Made by a program: the position numbers and the translations under genes. DNA of 64,000 bases from an uncultured delta proteobacterium (GTDB taxonomy: Bacteria; Myxococcota_A; Polyangia; Palsa-1104): positions 64,001-128,000 of the forward strand of contig CAWAWS010000006.1 in the NCBI GenBank assembly GCA_963785725.1, given 5' to 3'. The notes below the pieces were generated by a model. The model searched no databases and was not told the origin of the DNA. It saw only the letters and a list, made by a program, of their open reading frames with translations. The stretch's first letter is position 1; every line of letters begins with the position of its first letter. Of this stretch, positions 13,067 through 24,531 are shown one piece after another.

Positions 13067-13618
13067 TCAGCCGCTCCAGCTGACCGTCCAGCTGCATTCG
13101 TTGCCGCCGAGGCCGCGACAGACGACGTGACGGACGTCGGGCTCGCGATCGGTGGCGAGCAGGACGCTCTCGAGGATGTAGCCGGTGCAGATGCCGCAGA
13201 TTTCGCGCGTGCGCAGCGGGAAGCCGCGCAAGCTCACGGCGGCGGACGTCGGGCCGACGAGCTGGACTTTGACCTCGCCGGCGTCGAACGCGTTCTTCCA
13301 CATGACGGCCATCCAGCGCATCGTGCCTTCGGCGTCACCGCGACGGAGCTGCGCCGAGTAGAGGCCGGTCAAGTCCATGCGCGCCGTGCCGCGGCCCATG
13401 AGCTGCCAGGCGTTGTCGCCGGGACCGCTCGGCGCCAGCAGCGTCGTGATGGCGCGGATGAGCTCGACGTGATCCTCGAGCGGATACCACGTCGACGCCA
13501 GCACGCGCTCGTCGAGGTACTTGTGCAGCCGCGGCGGCAGGAGCTCGCGCGCCCGTTCGCGTTGACCGCGAAGCACCTTGACCGCATTGAGCAGCTGCGA
13601 GCCTTTGGCGTGGGCCAT
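13067..13618 (-). CDS. DUF2378/V4R-like myxobacterial protein
   Basis: AKGS start, STWYPL, C-terminal CxxCxGY...C-x7-C typical of V4R-like folds; SD upstream. Confidence 0.6.
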   Translation of the reverse strand: MAHAKGSQLLNAVKVLRGQRERARELLPPRLHKYLDERVLASTWYPLEDHVELIRAITTLLAPSGPGDNAWQLMGRGTARMDLTGLYSAQLRRGDAEGTMRWMAVMWKNAFDAGEVKVQLVGPTSAAVSLRGFPLRTREICGICTGYILESVLLATDREPDVRHVVCRGLGGNECSWTVSWSG

Positions 13619-13687
13619 GTTCCCCCGCGCTCGATTGTCGCGCCGAAAAACGCGCTCGACAAGCGCCACGTGGCGTCGCAGCCGCGA

Positions 13688-14860
13688 CTACATCATCGGC
13701 GACGTGCAATCGGAGAGGCCGAGCGACGTGCACATCTCGGTCGCGAACTGCTGCGCCGGCCCCGCTTTTTGAATGCTCCACAGCATGAGCCCGGCCGCGT
13801 TCGCCGACTTGACGGCCGCGCCCAGCGTGTCGATCTCGGCCGTCGTCTCCACGTGACCACCCCACGCCTCGGGCGGCACCTCGATGCCCATCGCGATCGG
13901 CCCCTTGAAGTAATGCTGATAGGCCGCCAGCGCCTGCTCGGGGCTGTAGGCGTCGCTGGCGTCGTAAGACATGACGTTGATCCAGTCGATGGCGGCCGAA
14001 GCGTCGGCGTCGTGCAAGAGCGCGAGGCACAAGCCGGTCGACGCGCTGCCGAGCGGCGGCGCGGTCGCCCAATCGTCTTCACCGTAGGCGCCGACGCTCC
14101 AGCCGGCGATCGAGAGCAGCTTCGGTCGCGGCAGAGCGGCGCGCATGGCTTTGACGACGCTCACGTACTCGGCGTCCGACGGGCACGAGACCGTGCCGTT
14201 GGCGACCATGCAGTTGGGCGTGCCCGGCTCGTAGTCGATGTCGACGCCGTCGAGGCCGAAGTCGTTGACGAGCGCCGCCACTTTCGCGGGCTGAAAGCCG
14301 GCCCAGTTGTAGAGCGTCGCGCCGCCGACCGAGATCATGATCTTCGTCGCGGGGTGCGCGGCGTGCAGCGCGGTGATGGCGTCCTTCAGGGTCGGGCCGT
14401 CATAGGGCACGTCGAGGAACGTGGTGCCGTAGATGTTCAAGCTGCCGGCGACGTAGGTCGTGTCCGGCTGCATGAAGGCGAGGTTGACGACGTTGACGTA
14501 CGACGGCAGCTTGGCGAGCACGGTGTCGGCGCCGCTCGTCGCGTAGCTGTCGGACCAGCTCTGGTAGTAGCCGACGAAGAGGCCGCTCAGCGCGCTGCCG
14601 CCGCCGCCGCCCGACGACGAGCCGCCGCCGCCGGCGTTGCCGCCGCCACCGCCGCTGGCAACGCCGCCGCCGCCCGACGACGAGCCGCCAGCCGCGCCGC
14701 TGCCGCCGCCCGACGACGATGAGCCGCCTGCGGCGCCGCTGCCGCCGCCCGACGATGACGAGCCGCCGCCCGCGCCGTGACCGCCGAGCATGCCGCCCGA
14801 CGACGAGCAGCCGGCCAAAGCCGCGCCGAGCACGAAGAGCCGACCCCAAGTCCGCATCAT
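13688..14860 (-). CDS. GH18 chitinase-like lipoprotein with Gly/Ser linker
   Basis: Lipobox LAGC, SVGG motif, catalytic DGVDIDYE, VMSYD. Confidence 0.88.
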   Translation of the reverse strand: MMRTWGRLFVLGAALAGCSSSGGMLGGHGAGGGSSSSGGGSGAAGGSSSSGGGSGAAGGSSSGGGGVASGGGGGNAGGGGSSSGGGGGSALSGLFVGYYQSWSDSYATSGADTVLAKLPSYVNVVNLAFMQPDTTYVAGSLNIYGTTFLDVPYDGPTLKDAITALHAAHPATKIMISVGGATLYNWAGFQPAKVAALVNDFGLDGVDIDYEPGTPNCMVANGTVSCPSDAEYVSVVKAMRAALPRPKLLSIAGWSVGAYGEDDWATAPPLGSASTGLCLALLHDADASAAIDWINVMSYDASDAYSPEQALAAYQHYFKGPIAMGIEVPPEAWGGHVETTAEIDTLGAAVKSANAAGLMLWSIQKAGPAQQFATEMCTSLGLSDCTSPMM

Positions 14861-14873
14861 GAGCGCGCGTAAT

Positions 14874-14890
14874 TGCAGCTCGAATGCCAG
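14874..14890 (-). promoter_or_regulatory. Possible sigma54 promoter of the chitinase gene
   Basis: Minus strand CTGGCATTCGAGCTGCA (GG-N10-GC), very close to the start codon. Confidence 0.4.
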
Positions 14891-14990
14891 CGGCCAATTG
14901 CGCGGCATTGCTGGCGAACGCTGACAGCGACGGGGCGATCGTGGAAACTGGCGGTAGTCGGCCGGAGTGTGCGCTCCCGGCGTGCGCGAA

Positions 14991-15480
14991 TTACAGGTGG
15001 CCCTTGTCGGCGATGGTCGGGCTGGCGTCGTCGCCGCCGGCTTCCGCGTCGTTGCCGTCGAAGCGCAGCTGCTGCACGCGCGGTCGCTCGGGCTTCGACA
15101 TCTTCGCCGGCGGCTCGGGATACAAATAGACGAAGCCGACGCCCGTCGTCGTCGTGTCGACGTGCAGCGACACGCGATAGGTGTGTCCGCCGACGAAGCG
15201 CGCGCGATCGAACGTCACGAGGCCGCCGTTCATCGCCAGCGTCCACGTGCGCGACGGCGAGCCCGGCGTCACGTCGAAGACCTCGGCGACACCGCTGTCG
15301 GCGGCGCGCAGCTCGAGCCGCCAGCCCGAGGCCGAGTGCGTGCACGGCGACGGCGGTCTTGCCCTTTTGCGCGACGGCGACGTGCACCGAGCGGGCGTTG
15401 AGCGCCTTGAGCGCCGGCTCCGCATGCGCGGTTCCGACTACGAAAGCGAGCACAAAGGATGCGAGCAGCGCCTGGTACAT
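14991..15480 (-). CDS. Hypothetical secreted protein; apparent frameshift near 15330
   Basis: Signal-peptide ORF (MYQALLASFVLAFVVGTAHA) joins a second frame (GWRLELRAADSG...KGHL). Confidence 0.5.
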
Positions 15481-15562
15481 CGGCTCTCCCTGTACGACAT
15501 GTAGCGCATATCACACCGTATACGACGGCGGGAACAGGAATCGATCGTCACCGACGGCAGAA

Positions 15563-15793
15563 TCAGCGGCGAATGCGGGCGAGGACGGCGCGGGCGGTGC
15601 TCGACAGGCCCTCCGGGTCGAGCGCGGCTTCGAGCGTGCGCGAACGGGCGGCGCGATCGAACGCTTCGGCGCGGCCGGCGTCGTCGAGGTCGCGCCAGGC
15701 CGGATGCGCTTGCGCGCGGCCGTCGCGCGGGTCGCGATCGCGATAGGCGCCGGCCACTTGCTCGACGAGCGCGTCGCGTTCGGCTTCCGTCAT
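15563..15793 (-). CDS. Hypothetical 76-aa protein coupled to the ECF sigma gene
   Basis: ATGA overlap with the sigma stop; protein-like composition. Confidence 0.65.
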   Translation of the reverse strand: MTEAERDALVEQVAGAYRDRDPRDGRAQAHPAWRDLDDAGRAEAFDRAARSRTLEAALDPEGLSSTARAVLARIRR

Positions 15794-16371
15794 GACAGCT
15801 CCGCGGCGACGTCGACGCCGCGTTTACGCAGGCAGTCGGCGAGCAGCTTGCGCGCCCGTCCGACGTTTTGCAGGAAGGTGTTCAGCTGCATGTTCGCGCG
15901 CGTCGCCAGCTCGCGGTCGGGCGCGCCGCCGGCCGCGTCGAGCCGCGCATGCAGCGCCGCCGCCGGCTGCGCCGGAAGCGCCGCGCGACAGTCGACGATG
16001 AGGCGGCGTAACAGCGGATCGGGCGCGTGCGGCGTGGCCGGCGCCGCGTCGGCGAGCGCGCGCTCGATGCCGTCGAGCTCGGCCGGCCCATACGACGACG
16101 TCCGCGCGCGGCGCAGCTCGTCGAGCGCCAGGTTGCGCACGATGCGCGCGCCCAGTCGCAAGAGCGCGTTCGGCTTGCCGTCGGGCACGCAGCGCGGCGC
16201 CACTTGCCAGACGCGCAAGAGCGCCTCTTGCAGCAGCGCTTCACCGTCGAGACGCGTCGCCAGCGGCCGCAGCGTGGCGCGCAACGAGGCCTCGGCGCCG
16301 GCGACCCAACGCGCGAACGCATCGGGATCGCCGGCGCCGATCGCCGCCAGCTCGTGGTCGAGATCGAGCAT
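15790..16371 (-). CDS. ECF-type RNA polymerase sigma factor
   Basis: Region 2 (EALLQEALLRVW..RNLALDELRR) and region 4 (ELATRANMQLNTFLQNVGRAR). Confidence 0.75.
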   Translation of the reverse strand: MLDLDHELAAIGAGDPDAFARWVAGAEASLRATLRPLATRLDGEALLQEALLRVWQVAPRCVPDGKPNALLRLGARIVRNLALDELRRARTSSYGPAELDGIERALADAAPATPHAPDPLLRRLIVDCRAALPAQPAAALHARLDAAGGAPDRELATRANMQLNTFLQNVGRARKLLADCLRKRGVDVAAELS

Positions 16372-18716
16372 CAGACCTCGATCACCAGGTCGCCCACTTC
16401 GATCGTCTCGGCTTGCGTCAGGTCGTCGTCGAGCGTCAGCACGAGCCGCACCGTCTGGCCGCCTGCGATGCGGCCGCCGCGCGTGGTCTGCGCGGCCTCG
16501 ATCGTCGCCCGCACGCGACCGCCCGCACCGACGACGAACGCCTCCGTGCCCGGCGCCCAGTCGAGCTCGTCGACGACGTCGAATTCGACGATCCAGGCGC
16601 GGCCTCTTTGCCGCTTGATGCGACCGCGTAGACGCGACGAGGCCGGCTCCTTGTCCGCGGCCGGCGTCACGTGACCGAGCGGCGGCACCGACTTCTTGGC
16701 CGGCTCGAACAGGCCGCGCACGCGGCTCACCAGGCTGGGCGACTTCGGCGCCGCCGGCTTTCCCGTCGGTGCCGGTGGCGGCGGTGCGGCGCCGCCCGCG
16801 GCGGGCATCATCGGCGCCATGGCCGACCGCGTTCGCTCCATCATGGGCGCGCCGAAGGACGCGGCGGACAGACCGCTCGAGCGCAGACCGAGACCGTCGA
16901 CGGAGACGCCGAACGGCAGCGACTGCGGGATGCGCTCCTGGCGCGACGGCGACCGCGGATCGACCGCCGGCTCGTCGCCGATCGCCACCCACGACGTCAG
17001 TCGCGTCGCGATCTGGAACGTCAGGCCCAGCTGCTCGACCGAGGCGTCGATCGACTCAGCCGCTTCACCGGCGCACAGCCGGGTCTCGAGGTCGGCGACG
17101 GCTTCGCGGCCGAACAGCGTCACCAACGCGCCGTTGCCGTCGCCCGCTGCCGTCGCTGCGACCGTCAAACGCTGCTCCCACGCGCCGTCCTGCGTGCGAC
17201 CGCGGGCGACGAGCTCGCCACCCGCCGCCGAAAGCTCGAGCGCGACGAGCGCCGGCGCGCCCGCGAACAGATCGGGCAGTCGCGACGGCGCATGCGCCAC
17301 CAGCGCCGAGCCGCTCAGCTGCACGTCGACGACGAGCGGCGCCGTCGTGCGGGCCACGATGCGCGCCGCCGCGCGCTCCGGATCTTCGCCGATGCCGACG
17401 ATGACCTCGACGCCGCGGCCGGCGCGCGCCGCCGCTTCCGTCAGCGAGCGATTGACCGCCGAGCCGACGCCGACCGTGTGCAGCCGCGACGACGCCGGCA
17501 GCCGATGCAAGATCTCGTGCACGATCTCGCGCTCGAAGCCGATGGCGCCGTCGCTGACGAGCACGATCTGGCGTTGCGCGTCAGCTCGCAGCGGCTGTAA
17601 GGCTTCGACGATGCCGGCGCGCATCTCGGTGCCGCCGCTCGCCTTCAACGCCGCCAGCCACTTCTGCGCCGCCGCGCGCGTCGCGGCGGTCGCCGGCTGC
17701 GCCGTCTTCTGCCAGCGCCGCGGCTGGGACGAGAACTCGATCATGTCGAGCGAATCTTCGTCGCGCAGCGTGGCAATGAGCGCACCCAAGACGCGTCGCG
17801 CCTGCGCCAACGGCTCGCCGCCCATCGAGCCCGACGTGTCGATGAGCAGGCACACGTCGCGCGGCACCGAGCGCGCCTGCGACGTCTTCGCCGGCGGCAC
17901 CATCGTCATGAGGCCGAAGGCGCGCGGCGCAAGCGCGCTCGTCGCCGCCGGCCGCGCGACGGCGAGCGTCACGCCCGTCGCCGGCGCGGCCACGGCCCAG
18001 CGCACGACGAGGTCGCGGTCGAGCGCCACGCCGCCGTCGGCCGCCAGCGTCACCGCGCCGTCGGCGCCGATCGTCAACGCGTGCGACGGCGACTGCGGCT
18101 GGTGCCCGTCGGCCAGGCGATCGCCGATCGTCAGCTGCAGCTGCGCGCGCGCCGGCAGCGGCCCATCGGCGACGACGTCGTGCGTAAGCAGCGCCGCGTC
18201 CGCGACACGCCCGGTCACGCCTTGATAACGCGGCATCGCCACCGTCGGGAAACGCCACTCCCACGCGCCTTCGCCGTCGATCCAGCCGAGCTTTTGATCG
18301 ACCACGATCTCGGCCACGATCGTCGCGCGCGGCGGAATGTTGCCCAATTCCTGCGTGAACAGCGCCGTGCGCTCCTGATCGAGCAGCGCCGCCGTATGTC
18401 CGGTCGCGATCGCCTCTTCGTAGCGCTCGCGCGCCGCCTGCCGCCGATCGATCTCGCCCACGATCCGCTTGTCGCCGGCCACAAAAGCGAACGCCGACAC
18501 CGCGCTGTCCGCGGGCAGCGGCAGCCGATAGCTGACCGCCAGCGGCTCGTCATGCGGGTTCGTAAACTGTTGCGTCAGCGTCACCCGCGCCAAGCCCGCT
18601 TGCGCGCTCGCCTTCACCGTCGTACCCACGAGCGGCAAGACGCGCCCGTCCAGGCTCACCAAGCTGCCGCCTGCGCTCTCGTTGACGTCCGTCAGCCGCA
18701 TCGCCGGTCGATTCAT
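16371..18716 (-). CDS. VIT + vWA domain protein
   Basis: VIT N-terminus (QQFTNP..YRLPLP..LFTQELGNIPP), MIDAS DTSGSM, GGTEM, LVSDG; GAGGAG SD. Confidence 0.88.
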   Translation of the reverse strand: MNRPAMRLTDVNESAGGSLVSLDGRVLPLVGTTVKASAQAGLARVTLTQQFTNPHDEPLAVSYRLPLPADSAVSAFAFVAGDKRIVGEIDRRQAARERYEEAIATGHTAALLDQERTALFTQELGNIPPRATIVAEIVVDQKLGWIDGEGAWEWRFPTVAMPRYQGVTGRVADAALLTHDVVADGPLPARAQLQLTIGDRLADGHQPQSPSHALTIGADGAVTLAADGGVALDRDLVVRWAVAAPATGVTLAVARPAATSALAPRAFGLMTMVPPAKTSQARSVPRDVCLLIDTSGSMGGEPLAQARRVLGALIATLRDEDSLDMIEFSSQPRRWQKTAQPATAATRAAAQKWLAALKASGGTEMRAGIVEALQPLRADAQRQIVLVSDGAIGFEREIVHEILHRLPASSRLHTVGVGSAVNRSLTEAAARAGRGVEVIVGIGEDPERAAARIVARTTAPLVVDVQLSGSALVAHAPSRLPDLFAGAPALVALELSAAGGELVARGRTQDGAWEQRLTVAATAAGDGNGALVTLFGREAVADLETRLCAGEAAESIDASVEQLGLTFQIATRLTSWVAIGDEPAVDPRSPSRQERIPQSLPFGVSVDGLGLRSSGLSAASFGAPMMERTRSAMAPMMPAAGGAAPPPPAPTGKPAAPKSPSLVSRVRGLFEPAKKSVPPLGHVTPAADKEPASSRLRGRIKRQRGRAWIVEFDVVDELDWAPGTEAFVVGAGGRVRATIEAAQTTRGGRIAGGQTVRLVLTLDDDLTQAETIEVGDLVIEV

Positions 18717-18822
18717 TTGACTACTCCTCGTTGGGGTTGCATAGGTCCAACGGGCCAGCCGCCGCTTTTGTGACATTCGATTTTTTCCCCCGTCTTGTGG
18801 CATACATGCCGCCGAGGTGAAC

Positions 18823-20551
18823 ATGCAGGTGCAGAACTGGAGCGACCGCTTATTGCGTCGCTCCCGCCGCTCCGTCCCCGCCGGATTGCGTACCCCGCCG
18901 CAGCTCTCGGGCGGCTACCCGCTGGTCGGCCACTCCGTCGAATTCATCCGCACGACCATCGGTCTGCTCGAGCGCGCGCGCCGCGAGCAGGGCGAGGTCG
19001 CGGCGTTTCAGGTGTTCAACCGCCGCATGGTGGCGATGTTCGGTCCCGAGGCGCACGAGGCCGTGTTCCGCGCGCCCGATTCGATCTTGTCGCCGTCGGA
19101 AGCCTACAAGATCATGACGCCGGTCTTCGGCAAGGACATCGTCTACGACGCGCCGCCCGAGAAGATGGCGGAGCAGCTGAAGATGCTGTTGCCGGCGCTC
19201 AAGGACAAGCGCATGCGCACCTACGGCGAAGCGGTCGTCGCCGAGACCGAGGCCAGCGTGCAGAAGTGGGGCGAGTCGGGCGTCGTCGACTTCGTCGACT
19301 TCTGCCGCGTGCTCACCAACTTCACGTCGTCGCGCTGCCTGCTCGGCGCCGAGTTTCGCGAAGGCATGACCGAGGAGTTCGCCGCCGTCTATCACGACCT
19401 CGAAAAGGGCGTGACGCCTCTGGCGTACATCAACGCGCACTTGCCGATCCCGTCGTTCCGCAAGCGCGACAAAGCGCGCGTGCGCATGGTCGAGATGATC
19501 ACGAAGATCATCGACGCGCGTCGCCGCGAGAAGCGCGACGGGCGAGGACTTCTTGCAGACGCTGATGGAGTCGCGTTACGCCGACGGCCGCGGCCTCAGC
19601 GAGAACGAGATCACCGGCATGCTGCTCGCCGGCATGTTCGCCGGCCATCACACGTCCTCGGTGACGACGGCCTGGACGCTCATCGAGCTCTTGCGCACGC
19701 CCGAGTACAAAGAGCGCGTGCTCGGCGAGATCGACAGCGTCTTCGGCGACGGCAAGCGCGTGTCGCACGCGGCCTTGCGCGAGCTGACGCTGACGGAGAA
19801 CGCGGTCAAAGAGTCGCTGCGCCTGCATCCGCCGCTGTTCATGCTCGTGCGCGTCGTCAAGCAGGACTTCACGTACAAGAATTACTTCATCGAGAAGGGC
19901 ACCTGGATCGTCATCTCGCCGACGGTGTCGCACCAAATTCCCGAGGTGTTCGCCGAGCCGATGCGGTTCGATCCCGATCGCTTCTTGCCGCCGCGTGAAG
20001 AGGACAAGCGCGATTTCTCGTATATCGCGTTCGGCGGCGGGCGCCACAAGTGCCTCGGCAACGCGTTCGCGATCTTGCAGATCAAGGCGATCATCGCGCT
20101 GCTGCTCGGTCAATACGAGCTGGAGCTCGTCGGCGATCCGGTCGAGAGCGACTTTCATGGGCTCGTCATCGGACCGAAGGAGCCCTGCCGCATTCGCTAT
20201 CGGCGGCGGGCGCAGCCGTCGGTGACGATGGCCGTGGCGCGCGATCTGGCGCAGATGGCGTCGGCCGAAGCGATGAACGCGGCCGCCGCCGGCCACGACG
20301 CGCACGGCAGCAACGGCACGAACGGTAGCGCCGCCAAGCCGGCGATGAAGAAGCTCAAGATCACGCTCGATCGCGACTTGTGCCAAGGCCACGCCGTGTG
20401 CGTCGGCGAAGCGCCCGACGTCTTCCGCCTCGGCGCCGACGGCAAAGTCGAGCTCGCCCTCGACGGCGACTTGCCGCTCGCGCAATACGGCCAAGTCCAC
20501 GCCGCCGAGCAGTACTGCCCGACCCGCACCATCAAGCTCAATTACGAATAG
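18823..20551 (+). CDS. cyp51: Sterol 14-alpha-demethylase CYP51 fused to a C-terminal ferredoxin; apparent frameshift near 19540
   Basis: YKIMTPVFG, I-helix FAGHHTS, ExxR (ESLR), heme FGGGRHKCLG; Ala-rich linker, then CQGHAVC...CP ferredoxin. Confidence 0.85.
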
Positions 20552-20652
20552 CGCGCTGCCTGCTGTTGGGGGCGCGCGTGGCTGCCGAGCGCGTGCGCCC
20601 GCGATAAACCATTGATCGGCGTGCCCGACTACACGATGGCAGTCGCGACGGA

Positions 20653-20695
20653 GCGATGCGCGCCTGCGTCCACCGGACGCCCAGGCGCGCATCGC
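20653..20695. other. Strong GC hairpin between convergent cyp51 and fabH
   Basis: GCGATGCGCGCCTG-CGTCC-acc-GGACG-cc-CAGGCGCGCATCGC. Confidence 0.55.
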
Positions 20696-20845
20696 CAGTG
20701 GTAAACCGCTCGCGCCCGTCGTCGCCGACTAAACGGTGTCCACCGTCCGGCGCTGCGGTGCCTGCTCACATACCAAAACGTATGCTGCGCCGGCTCCTCG
20801 TTCCGTCCTTGTCTCTCGCTTGTCTCCCAACCCAGGCGCCCCCGT

Positions 20846-21895
20846 TTAGTGCCGCATGAGCGCCGCGCCCCAGTGGAAGCCGGCGCCCAGCGCGACGAAG
20901 CAGACCAAGTCGCCTTTGGCGATGCGGCCGTTGTGCCGGCACTCGTGGTACGCGATGGGGATCGTCGCGGCGGTCGTGTTGCCGTAGCGCTGGATGTTGT
21001 TGTAGACGCGATCGTCAGGCAGCCCGAGCGCCTTTTGCACGGCTTCGTTCAGGCGCAGGTTCGCCTGGTGCGCCAAGAGCAGCGTCACGTCGTCGAGCAC
21101 AAGGCCGTTGCGCCGTAGGACTTCGTGGACGACCTCGGGCAGCTTCGCCAGCGCGTGGCGAAAGACGCGCGGCCCGTCCATCTCGGGAATGTGCCGCCCC
21201 TCGCGGACCATCACCTCGGTGATGTACGGCCGCCACTTGAACCCCGACGGCACATACAGCTTCTCCGCGAACTGCCCGTCGGAGTGCATGACGCTGTCGA
21301 CGAGGCCGTGCGGCGCGTCGTCGCGCCCGAGCACGACCGCGCCGGCGGCGTCCCCGAAGAGCACGGTGCGATCGCGATAGCGCGTGTTGAACTCGCGCTC
21401 CTCGTCGCTGACTTTGGCGCTCGAGGTCCCGAAGACGACGCCGTGATCTTTCCACGGCATGAACCCGGAGTGCACTTCGGAGCCGACGAGCAGCAGCTTC
21501 TTGGCGACGCCCGCTTTCAACAGCGCATCGGCGACCTGTAAGCCGTAGATGAAGCCGGCGCACTGCTGGCGAATGTCGAGCGTCGGCACGGTGGGAAGGC
21601 CGAGCTTGTGCTGCAAGAGCACGCCCGAGCCGGGGAAGTAGTAGTCGGGCGTCATCGTGGCGAAGATGACGTAGTCGATGTCGCGCACGTCGAGCTGCGC
21701 GTCGGCGATGGCGGCACGCGCGGCGCGCACGCCCAAGTCGGACGTCGACGTGCCCTCCGCCACGTAGTGACGCGTGTTGATTCCGGTGCGCTCGCGGATC
21801 CAGTCGTCGGAAGTGTCGCAGACGCGACCGAGGTCGTCGTTCTTCACTTCGTGCTCGCCGAGCGCCATGCCCGAGCCGAGCGCAATCGTTCCCAT
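20846..21895 (-). CDS. fabH: 3-oxoacyl-ACP synthase III family protein
   Basis: QQCAGF catalytic Cys, LFGDAAGA, HQAN, YGNT, GAGFHWG. Confidence 0.88.
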   Translation of the reverse strand: MGTIALGSGMALGEHEVKNDDLGRVCDTSDDWIRERTGINTRHYVAEGTSTSDLGVRAARAAIADAQLDVRDIDYVIFATMTPDYYFPGSGVLLQHKLGLPTVPTLDIRQQCAGFIYGLQVADALLKAGVAKKLLLVGSEVHSGFMPWKDHGVVFGTSSAKVSDEEREFNTRYRDRTVLFGDAAGAVVLGRDDAPHGLVDSVMHSDGQFAEKLYVPSGFKWRPYITEVMVREGRHIPEMDGPRVFRHALAKLPEVVHEVLRRNGLVLDDVTLLLAHQANLRLNEAVQKALGLPDDRVYNNIQRYGNTTAATIPIAYHECRHNGRIAKGDLVCFVALGAGFHWGAALMRH

Positions 21896-22042
21896 GCGGA
21901 CGTTCTAAGCGGTTTGCCGTCGAGAATCCATCACGCGCCGCGTCGGCATTTGACCGTTCGGTTAGGAGCGCGCGATTGTTTCGTGCCGTTTACGAATGCG
22001 TCGCTGCGCGGAAATACAGGAACGCGTGTAGAAGGGGAACGC

Positions 22043-23611
<1,569 letters not shown>

Positions 23612-23684
23612 GCGGCGAAGTCTATACGAGAAAAGCGGCCCCTGTTATAGTTGGAAAAGCACCTGGAGTGCGCGGAGGGGCACA

Positions 23685-24531
23685 ATGGAAGGCGATACGG
23701 CGGAGCGTGGTACGGCCTGGCTAGGCTATGCGTTGCAAGAGGGAATCAAGCATGGGCTGACCGACGCGCGCGAAATTCTGGCGCACGCCACGCCCGAGGT
23801 GCTCGTCGCGCAGCTGCCGCGCGATCTGACGACGCTGCTCATCGCCGGCTCATTGAAGACCGGTCGCTTGACGCCCGAGAGCGTGATGGAAGTGGCGCCA
23901 CCGATGATCATGGCCGAGCACCTCGAGGCCAACATCTTGTGGAGCTGCTTGTCGGACGCGGCGGAAGCGGCGAACCTCGTCGCGGCCGGCGGCTCGGCGT
24001 CGTCGGCGGGACGGCGCTGGATGGGCGACATTCTCGGTCGCGCCATCACCGATGGCTTGATGACGCCCGACGACGTCGTGCGCAACGTGCCGCCGGCGGA
24101 GTGGGTCAGAGACGCGCCGCCGCAGGTCGTGTCCGAGATGTTGGCGGCCGGTCTGTCGAAGGGCACGTTCGACGCGAAGTTGGCGTTGGTGCACTTGACG
24201 CCGGAGCTGTTGGCGGAGCATTTGTCGCCGCCGCTCGTCTGGAAATGCATCGCCGAAGCGGTGGCGAAGAACTTCCACTTGGGCGACGTCGACAGCCACG
24301 CGACCGACACGTTGGCGCGCGCGGCGGCGTCGATGAGCGCGTCGAAGCTGGAGGCGATGGTCGTGCGCCAGTCGCCGATTCGTCGCGCGCAAGCTGCCCG
24401 ACAGCGACAGCTGGGAAGCGGCGTCCTTGTCCGATGACGCCGTCGAGGAAGAGGTCATCGAAGAGACCGACGCCGGTCAGCTGCCGCCCGCGCCGCCGAA
24501 GAAGAAAGCGGCCGCCTCGCCGAATCGCTAG
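23685..24531 (+). CDS. Hypothetical protein with internal duplication; apparent frameshift near 24380
   Basis: GGAGG SD; repeated P..(M/L)AEHL..(I/L)(L/V)W.C module; the acidic tail continues in another frame to TAG at 24531. Confidence 0.6.

Noticed and set aside
14595..14800. Gly/Ser repeat in the chitinase (and the GTAGGT repeat at 41474)
   Set aside because: Ordinary low-complexity lipoprotein linkers
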